A stretch of DNA of 64,000 nucleotides. Source: a virus. Numbering within the stretch: the stretch's first letter is position 1; each line of letters opens with the position of its first letter. This document shows positions 10,686 to 20,176 of the stretch, piece by piece. The translations under genes were made by a program, and so were the position numbers. The stretch covers positions 28,799 to 92,798 of the IMG/VR virus record IMGVR_UViG_3300025141_000047. One strand, 5' to 3'. The notes below the pieces were generated by a model. The model searched no databases. It was not told the origin of the DNA and worked only from the letters and a program-made list of their open reading frames with translations.

Positions 10686-12113
10686 TCAAATCACCCCTCT
10701 TGTAAAGTTCCCGCCTCTTGAACGGTTTCTCATAATTTTACTCACTTCATCGCTAACGGCCTTTGCGATCTCCTTAGCGTTTCCTCCGCCACTTACATTG
10801 ATGGTGATATTATTTGTGCTTGATGAACCGCCGCCTACATCTCCCTTGATTGATACAGGGATTGTTCGACCATCTGGAAGTGGAACAACTGCCTCCGTTC
10901 CGTGTAGCGTGACTGGATAACCGCTTTTCGGACCACTTGCTACTCCCCCATCATTGAATCCCAAGAAATCGGCAGCACCGCCGATCATATCTCCGCCCCA
11001 TTCAAGAGCCTCCGAGATTCCATCTAAAATCCATTCAATTGCCTCGATAATTGGGTCTAAAATTGTCATGATGGCATCCATAGCAACACTGAAATAAGGC
11101 GATAGCCAATCAATAAGAGCCATAATAGACTTCATTACCACTGAGAGAATGCCTGTGATGATGCGAACAATAGGCTCAAGGAATGAAAATACGGCAGAAA
11201 CAAAACGAATCAAAGGTGGGGCTAATTTTGCCCATACCTGAATAAAAATTGATATTACGCTCGCAAATAAAACTGCGATTACCCCTCCAATCACAGCAAT
11301 GTATTCAATAGCAAGGACAGCAAAATCAATGATGCCGCTATCAAAAAGAAAATCAACCATTGCATCAATTGTGTTTTCAATACCTTTGATTAAATCATCC
11401 ATTGTAAGCCCAGTGCTTTTGAAGGCGTTCATTATGATCCCTAAAGCCATGCCAACAAGACCAAAAAAAGTCCCGAAAGCATCAACAATTCTTTGAAGCA
11501 TACCCGCTTCATCCATGCGGGTGACAATATCTCCGATCCCCGTCAATACTGCCGCAATGAATGTGAAGTATAGAACTATGATGTTTGAAAGGAAAACAAA
11601 AATGCCTTCTAAAAACGGTATAAATGCCCCTGCCGACGCTTCAAAGTCAATACCCCCTACTGCATCAATAACTGCCCCTATTGCATCCATAAAAGCATCA
11701 ATAACGCCCTTTCCCGCTTCAATTACAGAACCGAATGCAGCGAAGGCCGACTCACCCCCTCCAAACGATTTTGTGAGGATAAAAATTGCCGCCCCAACCA
11801 ATGCAAAAGCACCCAGAACAAAAATCATAATTGTGTTTATTGAAGTGAAAGCCTTCAAAACACCTGAGACTGGTTTTAGCAATAGGTCGGTTGCTTTACC
11901 CAATTTTTCAGTGACCTCTCCAACTTCCTCGAACACGTCTGTTATCGTTTCAGCCGTGTTTTTCAAATCCACATATTTTCGATAAAACGGACCCAGTGTT
12001 TTGTTAATCAATTTATATTTGACGTTGAGAATGTTTAGTGATTTACCTTGCTCTTTAGCAAGTGTATTCATTTTGGATTGTGCCGATAAGAATTTATTCA
12101 TCTCGTCGCTCAT
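10686..12113 (-). CDS. Tail tape measure protein (475 aa)
   Basis: Long amphipathic/hydrophobic helical repeats. C-terminal FNDGGVASGP...LHGTEAVVPL is typical of tape-measure C-termini. Follows the frameshifted chaperone pair. Confidence 0.85.
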   Translation of the reverse strand: MSDEMNKFLSAQSKMNTLAKEQGKSLNILNVKYKLINKTLGPFYRKYVDLKNTAETITDVFEEVGEVTEKLGKATDLLLKPVSGVLKAFTSINTIMIFVLGAFALVGAAIFILTKSFGGGESAFAAFGSVIEAGKGVIDAFMDAIGAVIDAVGGIDFEASAGAFIPFLEGIFVFLSNIIVLYFTFIAAVLTGIGDIVTRMDEAGMLQRIVDAFGTFFGLVGMALGIIMNAFKSTGLTMDDLIKGIENTIDAMVDFLFDSGIIDFAVLAIEYIAVIGGVIAVLFASVISIFIQVWAKLAPPLIRFVSAVFSFLEPIVRIITGILSVVMKSIMALIDWLSPYFSVAMDAIMTILDPIIEAIEWILDGISEALEWGGDMIGGAADFLGFNDGGVASGPKSGYPVTLHGTEAVVPLPDGRTIPVSIKGDVGGGSSSTNNITINVSGGGNAKEIAKAVSDEVSKIMRNRSRGGNFTRGVI

Positions 12114-12114
12114 T

Positions 12115-12489
12115 TTATCCCTCCATCACTTTTTGGTTATGCCTCTCGAAGAAATCATCCATTCCTTCACCATCGCTCGTTGTGCGTATGGGTTGCCCCT
12201 TATTGCCTCTTCCATGCTTCATTTGCCTTTCAGCCTGTTTCTTCATGCGTTCAATCATCTCCGCCTTCTTGTCGTTAGCGGCTCTAACGATCATATAATC
12301 AAGCATTACACGGTCTGGGGGTTGTTCATCCCAAAAATGAGGGGGGCATCCAAAATGTGTTCCAAGACTGAATGTGATGGCTTGATAAGAAAGAATTGTT
12401 GCCTGTTGAGCATTTAGTGTGGGGCGTTCCTCTTCGGATAAATCCTCATCAAGAAACCCTACTAAATCCTCATAGGTTAATCCAAAGGG
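12115..12489 (-). CDS. Tail assembly chaperone, -1 frameshift extension (gpGT-like)
   Basis: The frame of track ORF 12115..12306 stays open upstream to the slippery heptamer at 12489-12483 (GLTYEDLVGFLDED...FGCPPHFWDEQPPDRVMLDY...). Confidence 0.75.
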   Translation of the reverse strand, partial: PFGLTYEDLVGFLDEDLSEEERPTLNAQQATILSYQAITFSLGTHFGCPPHFWDEQPPDRVMLDYMIVRAANDKKAEMIERMKKQAERQMKHGRGNKGQPIRTTSDGEGMDDFFERHNQKVMEG

Positions 12490-12833
12490 CTTACACCACC
12501 CGCAAACTGCCCGATGATGTCATTTAAATCGGGGAGAACGGTCTTGACAATTGCGCCAACTTCTGGTGTGAGATTTAAAAGATCGGCTTTTGAAAGTGCA
12601 GGTTCGGTTTTTTGGATGCAAGTTGAAAATACATACTTCCAATAGCCGCCCAAATCAATAGTTGGTGCAACTTCACCATCAGCATTCGTGGCGAATGAAA
12701 CAAATTGCGACATTGCTTCTTGTTGCGCCACCCATGAAAGGGGTTTGACAAAAACAACCAAAGTTCCGACAGGGGTTTCAAGTTCGTGTCGAATCGGCGT
12801 GTTGCTCAAAACAAAAGGATTATTCTTCTGCAT
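12477..12833 (-). CDS. Tail assembly chaperone (gpG-like)
   Basis: Start MQKNNPF at 12833. Sits between tail tube and tape measure genes and ends at the slippery site. Confidence 0.75.
   Translation of the reverse strand: MQKNNPFVLSNTPIRHELETPVGTLVVFVKPLSWVAQQEAMSQFVSFATNADGEVAPTIDLGGYWKYVFSTCIQKTEPALSKADLLNLTPEVGAIVKTVLPDLNDIIGQFAGGVSPLD
12483..12489 (-). other. Programmed -1 frameshift slippery site C CCT TTG
   Basis: X XXY YYZ heptamer in the correct phase, one codon before the chaperone stop; the -1 frame is open for ~124 codons. Confidence 0.75.
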
Positions 12834-13170
12834 AATCCTCAACCACTTCTTCTTCTTCTTCAACTTCTTCTGGAGAATCATGTTCAAGCAAACGTGCAAT
12901 CAATTCATCCTTCTTTCCAGATACGGTCAAATCTCGATTTGTTAATTCAACTCGGAGTTCAGTGACGGTCATTGCATCCCATCGGTTTGTTTCAACTTCT
13001 TTGAGGGGGGCAGGTTCGCCCCGAACTGATACTGCAAGGTCGGGAATTGATGTGTGAACTTTCACATCATCAGCCGATAAACCAGGTCCCGCTTTTACAG
13101 AAACCCCGTCAATTCGCCAGTCCAAACTTACTCTTTTTCCATCAACATTTACTGTCCCTGTCAATCGCAT
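12820..13170 (-). CDS. SAP-domain protein with acidic tail
   Basis: Start MRLTGTV at 13170 (GGTGA SD). WDAMTVTELRVELTNRDLTVSGKKDELIARL matches the SAP motif. Confidence 0.75.
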   Translation of the reverse strand: MRLTGTVNVDGKRVSLDWRIDGVSVKAGPGLSADDVKVHTSIPDLAVSVRGEPAPLKEVETNRWDAMTVTELRVELTNRDLTVSGKKDELIARLLEHDSPEEVEEEEEVVEDYAEE

Positions 13171-13210
13171 TATATTCACCGTTGCATTCTTTTGTCTTAA
13201 AGCCTCATCA

Positions 13211-15394
13211 TCAAAGCGTGAAATAAGGCGAGTTCTCCGAAACTTTGAGGTGTCGAACTGCCAGTTCCACTTGAACAATTACCGCCCCTTTGTCTTCTGG
13301 GACTTGATGATCGGCTTTAACAATCGTATAATCCTCAATGGTAATTGTAGCATTTTCACGTGTGCTATTGCTTCCACGCTTTTTCATGCTCAATGTAATG
13401 TCATTTGTGTTTTGATGATGCTTCCGTGTGCGAATCTGTTCCCACAGTTGGTCATCCTCAATCATTGCGCTAAAAGAAAAGGTGTATTCTCGTTGCGCTT
13501 CTGTAATGTCAAGAGGCATTTGAACAGCACCAAGTTGGACTTGATCTGTATCAACAGTATTGCCCTCATAGCCTCGAATAAAATGTCGTGCTTGATTCCC
13601 ATTAGCGATGCTAAACTCAACCTGTGTTGCTCTCAATACAGGTCGCCCAAATACTTCAAAACTCAAGTCTTGGAACAGATATGGCTTTTCACCATTGACA
13701 GCAATACCTGATGCTTTCCTGTTAATTGCTGAATTTGCAGTATTCTCAAACATTCGGTGAGGGGTGAAAACATTTGCCGTGTCGGTATAATGTCGGCCAC
13801 CCTCATAATCAACCTGCAATTTGACTTCGCCCTCAGTATTTGCACTAAATCCGATTTGTTGCACTTTGCATCCATTGTAAAGACGTAGCAGTTGGTTAGA
13901 ACCAGGTGTTGCGTTATCCCTGCGGAACGATTGCTCAATCATGAAAGTTGGAAGCGAGGTATCTCCAAAGAGGGTGTGTTCAACGCCAAATTGGAGTTCT
14001 TTTGTTGTTCCATCAATGTTTGGACTCCCTCTTGAATCTGTTGCGGTGTATTGGAGTCTTTCAACGCCAGCCGATCCAACGGCGTGAGCGAAAAAGAAAG
14101 GTTCTTCAATATACACAAATGCACCACTTACTGCAATTACACGGCGAATCTCATTCTTGAATACAGTCGGCAACGTGTCGTCTTGGCCTGGAATTGTATG
14201 CGTGTCTTTGTCAATAATTTGGATATAATCACCTGCGGCAAACTTTCCAGCGATTGTTGCGCCGAGATTTACTCGCACATCTCTTCGAGCGATTGCAGCA
14301 GCGAGAGGTGCAAGGAGATAAACGGTATTCCCTGCTACTACTGCTCTTGCTAATGCGCCAGTATCAATATCTGCCGCCCCTGTTAAATTTAGTAAGGTAA
14401 TCCCCGTATATGACCCAAACAAAACATCGCCTGTGCTGCTTAGGGTTTTGAATATCCCTCCATTTGCAGCATCAACCGATACGTGGGTATCGGATGGAAT
14501 GTCGGTGAGAAGTGTAATCACACTTGCTGCATCTGTTGAAGTGTTGGTCTTTGCCCCAACAAGAACATGATCTCCCGAAACCAAATTGCTTGTTCCTGTC
14601 AAAGTGCTTGCAGAAACAGCACTAAGGGAATCCGTATCGCCTGTCCCGTATTGCTGTGCTTGATACACTTTAGTTGCGGCAGCGATGTTAAGCGGTTGTT
14701 CTCCGCCTGTAATGCCGCCTGAGCCATCGGAAAGCGTGACAAATTCGCCCTTGCTCTTTGCTACGTGTCCTCCAAGAGCGTATTTCATCCACCTAAAGGT
14801 GTGAGCGTTAAGGGCAAATGAACCGCCAGCAAGGGTTTCTTTACCACTTGTAAGGACATTTACATCTCGACCCATGCCGATGATGTGTTGTTTGCGAACA
14901 TCAATCTCAGGCTCAGGGAGGGAGAAGTTGTCAAGAAGTCCAAAGAATTGATCGGTCTTGACCTGTTGCGCTGCATCAGTCATAGCCGATTCAAAAGTTG
15001 GAGATCGTAGTGAATCAAGAATAAGCAAATCGGATGCGGCGGCATTAGTCGCTGTGGCCGTCACTAATGCGGGTTGAACGGTGATTGTTCCAGCCGTAGT
15101 ATTGTTGGCAATCACATAATAAGTGCGCTTTGTTGAAGCATGGTCATCCGATGTAAAGGCACTTCCACCTGTAATCCTCAAAATACAACCAACAAGGGCG
15201 TTATCTGGGATTTCAACATCAGTTCCACTTCCTGTATGCCAATAATTTGCCGTTCCAATGGTGATAAGGCTTGTATTGCCCGATTTAGAAGTGTGAGTCC
15301 AGCCCGTTGCTGCCCCATCACCAGTCGCCATCAATCCTGTTTCTTTACCCCACGATACTTCGGCAATGTCGCCCTTGTAAATTGTTCCAACCAT
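13211..15394 (-). CDS. Major tail (tube) protein with large internal insertion
   Basis: N-terminal EVSWGKET and C-terminal FMIEQ...YNGCKVQQIGFSANTEGEVKLQVDYEG resemble siphovirus tube proteins; synteny supports it. Confidence 0.7.
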   Translation of the reverse strand: MVGTIYKGDIAEVSWGKETGLMATGDGAATGWTHTSKSGNTSLITIGTANYWHTGSGTDVEIPDNALVGCILRITGGSAFTSDDHASTKRTYYVIANNTTAGTITVQPALVTATATNAAASDLLILDSLRSPTFESAMTDAAQQVKTDQFFGLLDNFSLPEPEIDVRKQHIIGMGRDVNVLTSGKETLAGGSFALNAHTFRWMKYALGGHVAKSKGEFVTLSDGSGGITGGEQPLNIAAATKVYQAQQYGTGDTDSLSAVSASTLTGTSNLVSGDHVLVGAKTNTSTDAASVITLLTDIPSDTHVSVDAANGGIFKTLSSTGDVLFGSYTGITLLNLTGAADIDTGALARAVVAGNTVYLLAPLAAAIARRDVRVNLGATIAGKFAAGDYIQIIDKDTHTIPGQDDTLPTVFKNEIRRVIAVSGAFVYIEEPFFFAHAVGSAGVERLQYTATDSRGSPNIDGTTKELQFGVEHTLFGDTSLPTFMIEQSFRRDNATPGSNQLLRLYNGCKVQQIGFSANTEGEVKLQVDYEGGRHYTDTANVFTPHRMFENTANSAINRKASGIAVNGEKPYLFQDLSFEVFGRPVLRATQVEFSIANGNQARHFIRGYEGNTVDTDQVQLGAVQMPLDITEAQREYTFSFSAMIEDDQLWEQIRTRKHHQNTNDITLSMKKRGSNSTRENATITIEDYTIVKADHQVPEDKGAVIVQVELAVRHLKVSENSPYFTL

Positions 15395-15404
15395 TTTTAA
15401 TTCC

Positions 15405-15845
15405 TCATATTATTGTTTCTAAAGCATCGGCAAATGTAATCACTTCGGCTTGCATTGTGTATCTAAAGAACCTCTTGCTACGGTCCGACAAATCGGTTCT
15501 CGTCTTGAAGATAACCCTATCAAAGTCGTTATTGTTGCCCTTTCTGTGTTTATGAATGATGCGCCGAACCTCGTCACGGAGGGCGGCAAGTCGCTCTCGA
15601 CTCTTGACAGTGCGTATGTCAATGGTGAGATTGACGTTGATATTCACAAAATCAAATAGCAGTTCTGGTTGCGCTTCATTATGAGCCGTTTCAAAAATAC
15701 GGATTACATCATGGTCTTGAAGTCGCCCTCTTTTACCCTCTCCACGATCCAATACCGTAATGTCCTCAATAGAAGGTTTTGGCGATACATTCCAGTTGGA
15801 ATCCAACAAATCACGTATGGCGAGTAAAGCATCCTTAGCCATCAC
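15405..15845 (-). CDS. Putative tail terminator/completion protein
   Basis: 146 aa ORF just upstream of the tube gene; size and position fit. Confidence 0.55.
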   Translation of the reverse strand: MMAKDALLAIRDLLDSNWNVSPKPSIEDITVLDRGEGKRGRLQDHDVIRIFETAHNEAQPELLFDFVNINVNLTIDIRTVKSRERLAALRDEVRRIIHKHRKGNNNDFDRVIFKTRTDLSDRSKRFFRYTMQAEVITFADALETII

Positions 15846-16102
15846 ATCAACCCCAATGTTCTTTTCAAGTCTTCATCCACTTTCCTCTTGTAAGGGCTTG
15901 ATTTTGACAATATATCCACATTTTGGTCAATATCCTCATCATCCATTTCGATGCCATCAGCCTCAGCCATTTTGACCTCACGATCTTTAACCTGTTCTCG
16001 ATATTTGGGTTCACCTTTGATAGCAGCCTCAGTTGAACGGGCTATATTTTTGAAAGAATTGGAAAGTTCTTTCATATACATTTGCATGAATATAAACAGC
16101 AT
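15842..16102 (-). CDS. Hypothetical neck-region protein
   Basis: Coupled ORF between adaptor and terminator genes. Confidence 0.5.
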   Translation of the reverse strand: MLFIFMQMYMKELSNSFKNIARSTEAAIKGEPKYREQVKDREVKMAEADGIEMDDEDIDQNVDILSKSSPYKRKVDEDLKRTLGLM

Positions 16103-17683
16103 TTAACCACCCATACCTGCAACAATAATTGTTTCTTGATAAGGAATTAACATTCGTTTGACCTCTTCATCCAACTTTTGCACTTTTGCATTGAGATCAA
16201 TGTTGCTTGTTCCTTCTGGGAAAAGAACGGTATAATCATCGGTGAGGTATATATCCATGCAAACCATTTTGATGCACACTTCTTTGATTACCTTATCCAA
16301 ATATCGCTCGCCAAAAATATAAGACACTTTGATTGAATGGTTTTCATAGAATGGATATTGATTGTTGAACATGATTGCCCCGTTATCCTCCATAGCCCAC
16401 CAATCCTTTTGACGGGCTTCATCTATGATGTCGGTTTTGAATCGAAGTTGTTTGATTACAATATCAGTTGCTAAATTTGTAGTGAAATCAGTCACCAGTT
16501 GTTCTTGAACCGTGAATACATTCCCTACACGGCTACATCTGGCAACGTATGTTGTCCCACCAGTGGTATAAAACACCAGTCCTTCCCGTTCACCAAAGGT
16601 GCTTGCATCGGCTACGGTGAAATTTGAACCTGCAACATTGGTTATAGCACTTTGAGGGTCATGGACCAATGAGAACTCGAAAGCATCAGGGTCATTTGTA
16701 GCGATGGTTGAATCCTCACCTTCTTCTGTTGAACGCATGGATGAGATCGTGACGAACCCATCTCCTTCATCGCTGTTGGCGGTTGCTAAATACTCATTAT
16801 CAACATTGAGTTGTTTGCTATTTTCTTGTAGCGTTCCTATCGCAATATCGCCACGCCCTGTGGCTGTGTCTTTGTTAATGAGGTTAGCAATGTTTTGTGC
16901 GGTTGTTTTATGCCCAAAATCCCCATCCCACGTGGTTGAAGTCTTTCCACGTTGCAGCGTAGCCGTGTGAGCCACACCAGGACATAGAAACAACTTATTT
17001 GAAGCGGCTATTGAATTTGGTTTGACTTCAAACTTAGCAATTGACGACCCCAATTCACGGTATTTATCGCCTTGCCAAACGCTCAAACGAAGGATGCGTT
17101 GAATCGCCCTGTGGCGAAGATAAACTGCGCCCACATAATCAGTGTAGTATCTCCTTCGATATGGCTTGAATGTTGTAAAGTTGTAATACTGATCAGCCGC
17201 TATGTGTGGCCTCCAATTTTGACGACAAACAGTATCTATGTAATCCTGTTTTTCACGGATAAGCGTTTCAACTTGAGATTTGGTTAAACCTCGCTCTTTG
17301 CTATTGGTGATTGCCGAATTGATTTGTATTTGTGCGCTATTGGCGGTGGTGAATGCTTCGCTGGCTATTTGCTCAACAACAACATTGACATTGCCACTAC
17401 TGCCGCTTTCAACGCTCAATACAGTGTAAGTGTCGCCAAGCGCATTTGCATCATCATAAACAGTAATTGAGGTGTCCTTCTCAATTTTCCAACGCCTGTA
17501 ATTTGCACCAGTTATCGGCAATTTCAAATTGTCGCCATCAACGATGCTATCGGCGGATAATGCAATTGGATCGGGAAGTGGTAATTGAAGAAAATTTGCT
17601 ATGTCATCAACGCTGCAATAAACCAACTCTTCAGGAAACAATGGCGAACTTGGCCTATGTCCTGGATTGTAAATTTCTGGCAA
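16103..17683 (-). CDS. Head-tail adaptor/neck protein with inserted domains
   Basis: YCSVDDIANFL, LIREKQDYIDTVC and IKVSYIFG...IKEVCIKMV segments resemble gp6/gp15-like adaptors, separated by long insertions. Confidence 0.65.
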   Translation of the reverse strand: MPEIYNPGHRPSSPLFPEELVYCSVDDIANFLQLPLPDPIALSADSIVDGDNLKLPITGANYRRWKIEKDTSITVYDDANALGDTYTVLSVESGSSGNVNVVVEQIASEAFTTANSAQIQINSAITNSKERGLTKSQVETLIREKQDYIDTVCRQNWRPHIAADQYYNFTTFKPYRRRYYTDYVGAVYLRHRAIQRILRLSVWQGDKYRELGSSIAKFEVKPNSIAASNKLFLCPGVAHTATLQRGKTSTTWDGDFGHKTTAQNIANLINKDTATGRGDIAIGTLQENSKQLNVDNEYLATANSDEGDGFVTISSMRSTEEGEDSTIATNDPDAFEFSLVHDPQSAITNVAGSNFTVADASTFGEREGLVFYTTGGTTYVARCSRVGNVFTVQEQLVTDFTTNLATDIVIKQLRFKTDIIDEARQKDWWAMEDNGAIMFNNQYPFYENHSIKVSYIFGERYLDKVIKEVCIKMVCMDIYLTDDYTVLFPEGTSNIDLNAKVQKLDEEVKRMLIPYQETIIVAGMGG

Positions 17684-17696
17684 CGATTATCCCCCC

Positions 17697-18083
17697 TTAA
17701 TCATGGAGGGTAATTGGGGGCTTGCCGCCCTTTCCTCGCTTCATGTGTTTGATTGCGTTTCTTCGAGTTGGGCATGACGACAAAGGAACATCTGGGCTTG
17801 GGCAAGCCATAGGGTCCCCATGACATACTGGGCAATCGCCAAACTTCATCAATTCCCATGATGCCTCAAAAATAGATTTTCTCATAGATGCTTCATCAGG
17901 GTCGTATTCAGGCGATTTTCCGCCGTCATAAGGTGGCCTTTTTTGAGGTTTAGGATTGTCATAAGGAGATGGAGGTTTTTCTTTTGGCTTATACTCAGGG
18001 TGAGGGTTAGATCCATCACGGTATGGTTCGCTTTTTTTATCATCTGGTCGTTTTTTGGGGTCGGGGGTGTAAGGATTGCTCAT
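17697..18083 (-). CDS. Pro/Lys-rich protein with internal leader-like motif (IFEASWELMK) and a Cys-rich tail
   Basis: Start MSNPY at 18083 overlaps the upstream stop (ATGA). Motif at ~17844-17873. Confidence 0.65.
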   Translation of the reverse strand: MSNPYTPDPKKRPDDKKSEPYRDGSNPHPEYKPKEKPPSPYDNPKPQKRPPYDGGKSPEYDPDEASMRKSIFEASWELMKFGDCPVCHGDPMACPSPDVPLSSCPTRRNAIKHMKRGKGGKPPITLHD

Positions 18084-18412
18084 TGATGGTGTCCTCCTAA
18101 GTTGTAATACATCGCTTCTCCACATACGGCACATTCAGGAGTCCAACAGAAGTGAAGCATCCCACACGCAATACAGCGTGTTCCTGAGCCAATGTTTTGA
18201 ATATCCTGTGCTTGTTGTTTTGTGACCTTAACAAACGTAGTCCCTGCACGATCCATGTTCTCTTTGCTGAATGGTGAATCATCCTCAGCAATTGATCCTT
18301 GAGTTGTGGCTATCTCAAACATTCGAGAGTTCCTTCGCTTCTTAATCTCAAGCGAAGTATCGAGGTCCATTTCGCCTACTTCAAGTCTTGGCATGGGGTA
18401 TTTCCCCCTCAT
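18080..18412 (-). CDS. Small Zn-ribbon protein
   Basis: CIACG...CAVCG; ATGA-coupled on both sides. Confidence 0.65.
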   Translation of the reverse strand: MRGKYPMPRLEVGEMDLDTSLEIKKRRNSRMFEIATTQGSIAEDDSPFSKENMDRAGTTFVKVTKQQAQDIQNIGSGTRCIACGMLHFCWTPECAVCGEAMYYNLGGHHQ

Positions 18413-18759
18413 GCACGTGCGCCAGTAATCGTGACACGAAGGATAATGCCTGTTCCAGCCGTAATATCTCCTGAAAGGTTGAGTCCTGTTGCTTCAACAA
18501 GTGCGACATTTGCACCGCCACCATCAGCAGGATCGGTTTGGGCATAAGCCTTGATTTTGCTATTTGCACGATCATACTCAAACACATATCCTCCTGTGTT
18601 TTCAATTTGAATCAATTCTGCGTTTCCGACCCAATCTGTTGCTGCGAATGCAATTCCGCCAGCATCCCATGTAGTGTCATCTGTTGCGACTTTAAGCGAA
18701 ACCGTCAAGCGGTTTCCTGTCACATTTGTTCTGCCTATTTGTTCTGTTTCAACGGCCAT
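18409..18759 (-). CDS. Putative virion structural (decoration-like) protein
   Basis: 116 aa, beta-rich; GAGGA SD and an upstream ATATAAA box. Confidence 0.6.
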   Translation of the reverse strand: MAVETEQIGRTNVTGNRLTVSLKVATDDTTWDAGGIAFAATDWVGNAELIQIENTGGYVFEYDRANSKIKAYAQTDPADGGGANVALVEATGLNLSGDITAGTGIILRVTITGARA

Positions 18760-18808
18760 GTTTATTCCTCAGTGTGTCTTTGTTTATATCCCTTTTCATA
18801 AAAAATGC

Positions 18809-19330
18809 CTATTCAGTAAGGATAATGATTCTAACAACGGATGGAGGGGCTAATACACCTGGATGGGCGCAAGCCAAATTTATTCTAACTTGACCACAAA
18901 CAAGACCATTCCAAGCAGCAGGTTCAGTGATTGCACCAGCCCCCGATTCGGAGGCAGATGTGGTCGAAACTGAAAAATGAAGTGAGTTCTGTGCATTGGC
19001 CGTTCCTTGATTTGATCCTTGCGTGACTTCGTGCATAGAAACCATATTTGCCCCAGAACCAGTAAAGTTCAATTTACTGATTTTATCAAAATAGGGGAGT
19101 TCAGCACCGCTACCGTCTTCAATATCCATGAACCATTCCATCTCACCAAGATTAGAAGACGATCCAAGAGTAGTCGCATCCGTAGCATCAACAATAACTT
19201 TTGACACCTTTCCATTTATTTTAACCTGAACAGAAGGAGTTCCGCCGTCAATTACAACAACATGACGATTTACACGGCAACGGCTGAGGTAGTTCTCGCC
19301 ATCGGTGAAGGTTTGTCTGTTATTTGTCAT
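18809..19330 (-). CDS. Putative virion structural protein
   Basis: Start MTNNRQ at 19330; lies in the capsid operon and is followed by a T-run. Confidence 0.6.
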   Translation of the reverse strand: MTNNRQTFTDGENYLSRCRVNRHVVVIDGGTPSVQVKINGKVSKVIVDATDATTLGSSSNLGEMEWFMDIEDGSGAELPYFDKISKLNFTGSGANMVSMHEVTQGSNQGTANAQNSLHFSVSTTSASESGAGAITEPAAWNGLVCGQVRINLACAHPGVLAPPSVVRIIILTE

Positions 19331-19343
19331 GACACACACCTAT

Positions 19344-19727
19344 TTATACTGATAAAAGTTCAATCAATTCAGCCTTCTTAGAGGTGTTTTTAACAGCGAT
19401 TCCACGTTCTTTGCATAGAGCCATCAATTTTGCTCTTGTCATAGATGAATAATCAATAGTTTCCTCAGTTGCCTCTTCGACCTGTTCTTCAACGATCTCT
19501 TCAACCGTAGGCTCAATTGTAGCCTTCATTGCTTCTGTCTTTTCATCTGGAGCATCGTCAATGATTTTCCACATTGTTGCACCATTAGCGATGCCTGGTT
19601 TGATCATCTCATCAACAAACTGTGTTGGGAGTTCTCGAATCATTCCACGTGAAAATCCAGTTCTAACGCCATTCAATGCAAATTCGGTATATGCACGTGC
19701 GCCCACATATTGGACTTTAATTCCCAT
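19344..19727 (-). CDS. Protein with C-terminal HeH/LEM/Rho-N-like domain
   Basis: Start MGIKVQY. DYSSMTRAKLMALCKERGI...KKAELIELL is a helix-extended-helix motif after an acidic linker. Confidence 0.7.
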   Translation of the reverse strand: MGIKVQYVGARAYTEFALNGVRTGFSRGMIRELPTQFVDEMIKPGIANGATMWKIIDDAPDEKTEAMKATIEPTVEEIVEEQVEEATEETIDYSSMTRAKLMALCKERGIAVKNTSKKAELIELLSV

Positions 19728-19737
19728 GAGGAACACC

Positions 19738-20145
19738 TCAACGGTAAAGGAAAGTCACTCGGTATTTATCTGCGGCAAGACTGTTTGCATCAGCAGCGAA
19801 CTTGATGAGGGTTGATGTGTGATCGCCCTCAGCCATTCGACCTGCGGCAGTTGTAAAGTTGTAGTGTCCCAGAACGCCAATCAATTCAGTTCCAGCAACA
19901 CAGTTGGTTGCGAGAGCCAAGTCGTAAGTCGTAGCGGTGTTTGCGCTTGTTGCAGTAAGTTCAACAATCGCCAGATGAACAGTTCCATTTGCCGCATTTG
20001 AACCAATTGGGCTTTGTAGCCAATCAGTATCGCCAGCGTCAATCAGTGTTCCAGCGTTGTTCACTTTGGTTAATCCTCCGACTCCACTCCAAAGAGGGGT
20101 GTTCAAGATTACAGTTCCATTTCCAGTTATGTTTGCGTTTGCCAT
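19738..20145 (-). CDS. Putative capsid decoration/minor capsid protein
   Basis: True start MANANITG at 20145 (GGAGATGA SD), directly after MCP. The longer track ORF overlaps MCP and is unlikely. Confidence 0.6.
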   Translation of the reverse strand: MANANITGNGTVILNTPLWSGVGGLTKVNNAGTLIDAGDTDWLQSPIGSNAANGTVHLAIVELTATSANTATTYDLALATNCVAGTELIGVLGHYNFTTAAGRMAEGDHTSTLIKFAADANSLAADKYRVTFLYR

Positions 20146-20176
20146 GTTATCATCTCCATTGTTTGTTTTTTGAATA

